A stretch of DNA of 64,000 nt, taken from positions 495 through 64,494 of the forward strand of contig NZ_JAWODL010000031.1 of the NCBI RefSeq assembly GCF_046483325.1, read 5' to 3'. This document shows positions 57,925 through 64,000 of the stretch, one piece after another. The position numbers were made by a program, and so were the translations under genes. The notes under the pieces are model-generated. The model saw only the letters and a list, made by a program, of their open reading frames with translations, was not told the DNA's origin and made no database searches. Position 1 is the stretch's first letter, and each line of letters starts with the position of its first letter. The stretch comes from Natronomonas sp. Its GTDB lineage: Archaea; Halobacteriota; Halobacteria; Halobacteriales; Haloarculaceae.

Positions 57925-59832
57925 ATGAGCGGATCGGAGTCGAGCGAAACGCCCCCGCCGTCGGGAAACGTCGTCAGACGCCTTTACACAGTCTACGCCG
58001 CCGGGAACCGTCGGTACGCAGTGCTCGGGATGATCGCTACGCTCGTCGGGCGTGCGCTCGGTCTCGTCCCCGCGTTCGTCATCGGACTGGCGGTGGATGC
58101 CATCTTTTTCGCCGAGCGGCCGTACGAACTGCCGTTGGTCCCCGCCGAATGGATCCCGTCGACGTCGATCGAGCAGCTCTATTTTTCGATCGCGATCCTC
58201 CTCGTCGCGACCGCCGGCGGCGCGATCGCCTCCTGGTTCGAAGATTGGGGGTGGAGCGTCTTCGCACAGCGCGTCCAGCGCTCGCTCCGCGTGGACGCCT
58301 ACGAGCGCCTGCAGGCACAGGAGCTCGCGTACTTTACCCGTCGACGGACGGGCGATCTGATGAGCGTCCTGAACAACGACATCACCGCCATGGAGACGTT
58401 TCTCGAAGACGGGCTCAGCGCTTCCGTCTGGATCTTCGCGACGGTCGTCGGTATCGGGGCGATATTGGTCAGCCTCGATCCGACGCTGACTGCGATCACG
58501 CTGTTGCCGATCCCCGTCCTGGCCGCGTTCACGCTGCTTTTCACGCGCATCATCGAACCCCGCTATCTGAGCGTCCGCGAGGAGGTCGGTGACCTCAACG
58601 CGCGGCTGGAAAACAGCGTCAGCGGCATCGAGGTGATCAAGACACAGGGCGCGGAGTCCTTCGAGACCGACCGCGTTCGCGAGGCCTCTGAGAACTACTT
58701 GCGGGCCACGCTCGCGGCGATCAGAGTTCGGATCACCTACTTCCCGGGGCTCAACGTCATCTCCGGGGCCGGCTTCGCGCTCACCTTCTTCGTCGGCGGA
58801 ATGTGGGTTCTCGGGGCCTCGCCGTTCGGTCTCTCGGGCACCCTCACGCCCGGTGCGTTCGTGACGTTCGTGATCTACGCCCAGCAGTTCGTCTGGCCGA
58901 TCATCCGGCTTGGGGACGTCGTCGACGACTACGAGCGCGCGAAGGCGGCCGGGAGACGCATCGACGACGTGATGACCCGAACACCGGCGGTCCGTGATCG
59001 CCCCGACGCCGACCCACTCCTCGTCACCGACGGGGCCGTCTCCCTCGAGCGCGTCACGTTCGCGTACGGCGAGGTTGCGGTGCTTCGGGACATCGACGTT
59101 GCGATCGACGGCGGGACCACCGTCGGGGTCGTCGGTCCGACCGGGGCTGGGAAGTCAACGCTGTTGAAACTGCTCCCGCGGCTGTACGACGCCGAAGACG
59201 GTGTCGTCCGTATCGATGGTCAGGACGTCCGGGACGTGACGCTACCGAGTCTGCGGCGCTCGATCGGCTACGTCAGCCAAGAGCCGTTTCTCTTTTTCGG
59301 CTCGGTTCGCGAGAACATCCGCTATGGAACCTTCGACGCGACTGATGACGATATCGAACGCGCCGCACGGCGGGCGCAGGCCCACGAGTTCATCGAGAAC
59401 CTGCCGGAGGGCTACGACACCGTCGTCGGCGAACGCGGCGTGAAGCTCTCGGGCGGGCAACGGCAGCGGATCGTCGTCGCGCGAACGATGCTGAAAGATC
59501 CCGACATCTTGATCCTCGACGAGGCCACGAGCGCGGTCGACACCGAGACCGAGGCGCTGATTCAGGCGAGTCTCGGGACGTTCACCCGCGATCGGACGAC
59601 GTTCGTCATCGCCCACCGACTGTCGACGGTCAGAAACGCCGACAGAATCCTCGTTCTCGACGAGGGAACGATCGTCGAGGACGGGACCCACCAGGAACTG
59701 CTGGCTGGGGACGGGTTGTACGCGAATCTCTGGCGGGTGCAAGTCGGCGACATCGGTTCGCTGCCGCGGGAGTTCCTCGAGCGGGCCCTACGTCGGCAGG
59801 CGCGCATCGACAGCGGGGACGACGATCGCTGA
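57925..59832 (+). CDS. ABC exporter, fused permease/ATPase (MsbA-like)
   Basis: TM domain, GPTGAGKST, LSGGQRQRI, ILDEATS, IAHRLST. Confidence 0.92.
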   Translation: MSGSESSETPPPSGNVVRRLYTVYAAGNRRYAVLGMIATLVGRALGLVPAFVIGLAVDAIFFAERPYELPLVPAEWIPSTSIEQLYFSIAILLVATAGGAIASWFEDWGWSVFAQRVQRSLRVDAYERLQAQELAYFTRRRTGDLMSVLNNDITAMETFLEDGLSASVWIFATVVGIGAILVSLDPTLTAITLLPIPVLAAFTLLFTRIIEPRYLSVREEVGDLNARLENSVSGIEVIKTQGAESFETDRVREASENYLRATLAAIRVRITYFPGLNVISGAGFALTFFVGGMWVLGASPFGLSGTLTPGAFVTFVIYAQQFVWPIIRLGDVVDDYERAKAAGRRIDDVMTRTPAVRDRPDADPLLVTDGAVSLERVTFAYGEVAVLRDIDVAIDGGTTVGVVGPTGAGKSTLLKLLPRLYDAEDGVVRIDGQDVRDVTLPSLRRSIGYVSQEPFLFFGSVRENIRYGTFDATDDDIERAARRAQAHEFIENLPEGYDTVVGERGVKLSGGQRQRIVVARTMLKDPDILILDEATSAVDTETEALIQASLGTFTRDRTTFVIAHRLSTVRNADRILVLDEGTIVEDGTHQELLAGDGLYANLWRVQVGDIGSLPREFLERALRRQARIDSGDDDR

Positions 59833-59845
59833 ACGCCGGTTTCGA

Positions 59846-60745
59846 TCAGCTTTCGCCGGGCGGCGAGAGCGTTCGACCGAACTCGTCGAACTCCTCGAAC
59901 GATTCGGGGAACTCCTTCGGCAGGCGCCGGCTTTCGCGGTTGTCGACGAGCGGTCCGAGATCGTCGGCGACGGGCTCCCACCCGGGCTTGATCTTGACGC
60001 TCTTTGCGGGTGAGCCGGCCGCGATGTGGTGGGCCGGCACGTCACCGAGGGTCGTGGCGCCCGAGCCGACCATGGCGTTCTTTCCGATCCGACAACCCGC
60101 GCTGATCATCGCACCGTACCCGAGTCGGACGTCGTCTTCGAGGATCGTCTCGTAGTTCGTCACGTCGGTCTGGTCGACGGTGTCGTGTGCGTGCGTGTGG
60201 ACGTGAGCCCGGTCGGCGATCGAGACGCGGTCACCGATCGATAGCGTTCCGCGATCGTCGAGTAGCACGTCGTTGTGAACGACGACGCCGTCGCCCATCT
60301 CGATATTGTTCCCGCACTGGATCTTGATGCCGCCGAACAGCCTGAGGTCGTCGCCCGCCTCCGCGAACAGGTGGTTCGCGAGAACCTGCCGAAACGGGAG
60401 CGCGAACGCGAGGTCGTTCGAAAGCGGCGACTGATCGAACCCGTTCCAAAGATAGCGGATACACTTGGCCTCACGCAGCGCCGATAGCTCCTGTTCGGCC
60501 CAGTGTTCGGTCTCGATGAGCGCGTTTCGCGGATCGTAGCTCCGGACTCGCATACGGGTCATCGGTGATAGCGATTCGCCGTTTCTGTATCGGTCGAACG
60601 CGTCCGCGTCGCCGAACAGATCGGCGAGGATCTCTCCCACCGCGTCGGCCGTGTCGTCCCCCGAAAGCCGGTCGTCCACGTATTCGATGGTTTCGTCGAT
60701 CGACGCCCGTACGGCCGGCGGGACATCGACGTGGCGTTTCGTCAT
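59846..60745 (-). CDS. Hexapeptide-repeat (LbH) acyltransferase
   Basis: GNNIEMGDGVVVH, LSIGDRVSIA, IGKNAMVGSGA, AAGSPAK. Confidence 0.85.
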   Translation of the reverse strand: MTKRHVDVPPAVRASIDETIEYVDDRLSGDDTADAVGEILADLFGDADAFDRYRNGESLSPMTRMRVRSYDPRNALIETEHWAEQELSALREAKCIRYLWNGFDQSPLSNDLAFALPFRQVLANHLFAEAGDDLRLFGGIKIQCGNNIEMGDGVVVHNDVLLDDRGTLSIGDRVSIADRAHVHTHAHDTVDQTDVTNYETILEDDVRLGYGAMISAGCRIGKNAMVGSGATTLGDVPAHHIAAGSPAKSVKIKPGWEPVADDLGPLVDNRESRRLPKEFPESFEEFDEFGRTLSPPGES

Positions 60746-60924
60746 GGTGCTATCACATCCACTGCGATTGTCACGTTTGGCGTCTGTATCCAAACGTTTG
60801 TACAACATATTTCGACCAATATTTTCATATCCATAAATTTGGTCGACATATAATAACTTTTTGGGATCAAACATACACGATAGATGGTTCTACTCGCCGT
60901 TTCGTGTTCGAATACCACTCTACG

Positions 60925-62163
60925 TCAATAGTCCCCGTTCATCGCCTGGAGCAGTCGTTCATCGAAGGTCTCGAAGTCGGGTTCGCTCGACTCGCCGGTT
61001 TCCATCTGACTGACCGGGATCTGGCCGCCCGCCATTCGGGCGTGCCCGCCGGCGCTCGCCGTCTCGATGTGGCTCACGGTCCGTTGGAGCGCCTCGCCCA
61101 TGTGGACCCGATCGTCTTTCGAGCGCGCGGAGACGTGGACCGTCCCGTTGTTGACGCCATAGATGACGACTGCGGTCGTCCCTTCGAGTCGCATGAGTTC
61201 TTCGACCGCTTGCGAGAGCGCATCGACCGTTCCGACCTCGCCGACGTTACAGATCCCGAACGATCCCTCGACGCGCACGTTATTGATCGCGGTCGCTTTC
61301 ACCCGCAACACGTCGTGAGAGATCTCGGGCGTGGCGATCCGGTGGAGCAGGTCCTCGTCGATGGCCGGAAACAGCGTCGCACAGATCGCGAAATCGTGTT
61401 TGGTACAGCCCCGAGTCAGGTTCTTCGTGTCGGATTGGATCCCGTACGTGAGTCCGGTGGCGAGTTGGCAGTCGACGACGAACGTCTCCTCGTCGCCTCC
61501 CTTGGACGGTTCGAAGACGGCGTCGAGGTCGCTGAGGTACTCGGTAAGTATCGACGCGGCCGCACCGTACTCCTCACGGACGTCGGTGAACTCGTCGCCC
61601 GTCCCGTTCCCAGGGTGGTGATCGATGACGGCGATCGGTTCGATCCGCTCGGAATCGACGAACCCGCGTGCCGTGTTGTGGTCGACGAGGACGATCCCCT
61701 CCGGATGTGCGATGTCCGAGGCCGCTTCGATCCGATCACACTCGAAGCCGAGCACCGTCCGAAACGCCCGGTTCTCCGGCCGACGGATCTGTCCCGAGTA
61801 CTGGATCTTCGCGTCGGTCCCGGTCCGCTCGGCGATCGTCTTCACGGCCATCGCAGAGGCCATCGCGTCCGGGTCTGGGTTCGGGTGCAGCAAAATCGTG
61901 ATCGCGTCGTATTCCTCCAGGAGGTGTCGAAACACCACGCCCGCCGGCCGTCGAAGCCGTCGGACCAACCGATACAGGCCGTACAACGCGATGAACCCGA
62001 TGGCGGCGACCAGGGGGTACAAAAGCGGCTCCCCGACGAGCCCGTCGATCCCCGGTCGGGTCGGACCGAACTGCGACACAGCGCCGGCGCCGTATCGACT
62101 CACAGCCGAGAGGGCCGACGCCCACTCGGCCCCGAACGCCGTGGTTGCGTGGTCCGTTCGCAT
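60925..62163 (-). CDS. DHH-family phosphoesterase with N-terminal membrane anchor
   Basis: HPNPDPDA, LVDH, IDHH, GIQSDT, GGHARMAGG. Confidence 0.88.
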   Translation of the reverse strand: MRTDHATTAFGAEWASALSAVSRYGAGAVSQFGPTRPGIDGLVGEPLLYPLVAAIGFIALYGLYRLVRRLRRPAGVVFRHLLEEYDAITILLHPNPDPDAMASAMAVKTIAERTGTDAKIQYSGQIRRPENRAFRTVLGFECDRIEAASDIAHPEGIVLVDHNTARGFVDSERIEPIAVIDHHPGNGTGDEFTDVREEYGAAASILTEYLSDLDAVFEPSKGGDEETFVVDCQLATGLTYGIQSDTKNLTRGCTKHDFAICATLFPAIDEDLLHRIATPEISHDVLRVKATAINNVRVEGSFGICNVGEVGTVDALSQAVEELMRLEGTTAVVIYGVNNGTVHVSARSKDDRVHMGEALQRTVSHIETASAGGHARMAGGQIPVSQMETGESSEPDFETFDERLLQAMNGDY

Positions 62164-62311
62164 TGGTGCTATGCTATTCACAAGTTCCGATAAAAACCTT
62201 CGTGACCGTTCGCGCGCCGCCGGGGCCGAACGGCTGATTTCCCGGTTCCCCCTCTAATCGGTCCCCTCCGGACACGATATATGTACACGCTAACGGATAG
62301 ACTGGGCCACG

Positions 62312-63006
62312 ATGGCACACCTCCCGACGATCGGGGACACGCTGGGAGCAAACCGTTGCCCGACACCCCGAAAACGACGCGAGCGCCCATCGTCGAACGG
62401 GGTAACGGTGGACCTACCTGGAGTTCGGCGATCGGGTCAATCGGCCGGCGACCCCGTCGCTCGAGTTGGATGTCGAGAAGGGTGATCGTGTCGCGACCGT
62501 ACTGCAAAACGGTGCGGAGATGGCCGTCCCGGTGTGCGCCCGTGCGGAGGTCGATGCCGCGTTCACGCCGCTGAACTTCCGGCTGCCTGCCGACGGGATC
62601 GAGTGGTACTACACGGGCGATTTGGGGTACATCGACGAGGACGGCTACCTCTTTGTGATCGATCGGAAGGACGACATGAGACTCCCGGGCGGCGAGAGCG
62701 TCTACTCGCCGGAGGTCGAGAACGCGCCGTACTCACACGAATCGGTCGAGGAGGTCGCAGTCGTCGGCGAACCCGACGCGACGAGACGTGGGGCGAACTG
62801 ATAGTCGCCCACGTCGTCGGTGACGAGGACCTTTCGGCCGACGAGTTGGAGGCGTACTCGCTCGAAGCGACGCCGTCGCCGAGTTCAGGCGACCGCGAAA
62901 GAACTACTTCGTCGACGATCTACCGAAGCCGCCGAGCGGCACGGTCCAGACGTATAACCTGCGGGATAGCGAGGCTGATCTCGACCCAGACGTCGAGGAC
63001 GTGTAG
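62312..63006 (+). pseudogene. Acyl-CoA synthetase pseudogene with frameshifts and a large internal deletion
   Basis: GDRVATVLQN, PLNFRL joined directly to WYYTGDLG.IDEDGY; DRKDD..PGGESVY..EVE; relic RPR..FVDDLPK.PSG. Confidence 0.82.
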
Positions 63007-63018
63007 GCGACGCCGGCT

Positions 63019-63702
63019 TCAGCTCCCGGTCCCCTCTTGTCCGTTGTTGTCGCTTTGGCTGTCACTGCCGCTCTGGGCGCTGTTAGCGTCTCCGCCGTTA
63101 TCGCCGCCCGTTTGGTCACCCTCCGTGGGGCTCGCTTCTTCTCCGCCCGTATTCGTTGTCTCACTTTCATCCGGGGATTCCTGTTCATTCCCATCGGGTG
63201 AGGGTATATCCACCGGAAACGGACACTCGCCGTTGCTGATGTCGGAGACCGTTATCCGAGTGCTAACGCCGTTCGCCGAAACGGTCGCCGTGACTTCGCT
63301 CGGGGCTGATCTGACGGGGACGGTGATTCGCTCGTGTCCTCTGGGTTCGATCGTCGCGGGGTACGGTCGATCGTGTACGACCGTTCCATCGACGGTGAGT
63401 TCCCGAACGGTGAGCTCCGCTCCGAGACGGTTCGTGATCTCGATGCCGACCGGTGTGACGCGATTCTCTGGCCCGTCTTCGCTTTCCGGACCGTTCCCGT
63501 CTTCTCCACCGTTTGCTCGTTCTTGCTGTGGTGGCGTGTTCGGAATATAACACGCCTGGAGGCCGACCGCCGCCCGGTCGTCGTCGACGATCTGAATCGA
63601 GGTGTTCCGATCGAGTTCCGACGCGCTAAACCCGCCGGTTGCGACGAGCGCGAACGCCAGTGCGAGCACGAACACTCCCGTAGTGATCTGTTTGTACGTC
63701 AT
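63019..63702 (-). CDS. Secreted protein with signal peptide and acidic Gly/Ser/Gln tail (DUF1102-like N-terminus)
   Basis: Hydrophobic N-terminus then TGGFS..E.DR...I.IV.DD.A.VGL. Confidence 0.65.
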   Translation of the reverse strand: MTYKQITTGVFVLALAFALVATGGFSASELDRNTSIQIVDDDRAAVGLQACYIPNTPPQQERANGGEDGNGPESEDGPENRVTPVGIEITNRLGAELTVRELTVDGTVVHDRPYPATIEPRGHERITVPVRSAPSEVTATVSANGVSTRITVSDISNGECPFPVDIPSPDGNEQESPDESETTNTGGEEASPTEGDQTGGDNGGDANSAQSGSDSQSDNNGQEGTGS

Positions 63703-63998
63703 CTTTTCGAGGGCTCACATCGTCCGTCGAGTCGGATGCTGTTCGTCAGCGTGTCGACCGCATGGATGATGGCGACGACCACGAACGCCGCGAGGACGAC
63801 ACCGGCGATGGTTCCACCGGAGCCGCCGCCGAGCGGCGAGATCTCGAACCAGTGGGCACCGATCACGACGGCCGCGGCGACCGAGACCCCGAGATAGCAG
63901 GTGTGCCACGGGATCGCGGATCCAGGGGTGTATTGGAGGTAGCGCTGCGCGTCGCGCGCCGCTGTTTCGAGCCCGATCCGGTTCGTTTCGGGATCGTA
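63699..63998 (-). CDS. C-terminal part of a membrane protein (DUF7344/HTH-TM-like), runs off the window edge
   Basis: YDPETNRI...YL....IPW..CYLG then two TM helices; stop overlaps the next ATG. Confidence 0.55.
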   Translation of the reverse strand, partial: YDPETNRIGLETAARDAQRYLQYTPGSAIPWHTCYLGVSVAAAVVIGAHWFEISPLGGGSGGTIAGVVLAAFVVVAIIHAVDTLTNSIRLDGRCEPSKR

Positions 63999-64000
63999 CG

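Overview
GC-rich haloarchaeal DNA, judged from acidic proteins, Tat lipoprotein signals, HalOD1, SAMP and archaeosine genes. 1-27.5 kb looks like core chromosome: acs 3' end, a Liv-type ABC operon with a thioredoxin-domain gene, enoyl-CoA hydratase, acyl-CoA ligase, cobA-type adenosyltransferase, NikR, ASCH, tgtA, SAMP1, aor, RaSEA, MATE, purQ/purS and a pilus/T2SS-type ATPase plus membrane platform pair. About 27.5-52.5 kb is an accessory catabolic block bounded by two very AT-rich spacers. It holds two paralogous SDRs, a VOC protein, two ThDP enzymes, an epimerase, hydantoinase/oxoprolinase B+A, a PPOX/F420-type protein, a second Liv ABC system, an LDH/MDH-fold protein of unknown function, a Leu/Phe/Val dehydrogenase with 2-oxoacid dehydrogenase E1a/E1b, a PpnP-like protein and an IclR regulator. 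Its substrate cannot be read from sequence. The block shows rearrangement: a 292-bp IS6-derived mini-element with an intact 8-bp target duplication, a diverged ~110-bp copy of the binding-protein gene, and a deletion that removed E2 and half of lpd. 52.5-64 kb holds a formamidase-family gene, an amber-interrupted MoaD-like gene, purU, a Zn-ligand-less zfx-type ferredoxin, an IS6 relic, a CPBP protease, a hydrolase, an ABC exporter, an acyltransferase, a DHH phosphoesterase, an acyl-CoA synthetase pseudogene and the edge of a possible secreted-protein locus. No rRNA, tRNA or CRISPR array was seen. All family calls come from motif recognition, not database searches.
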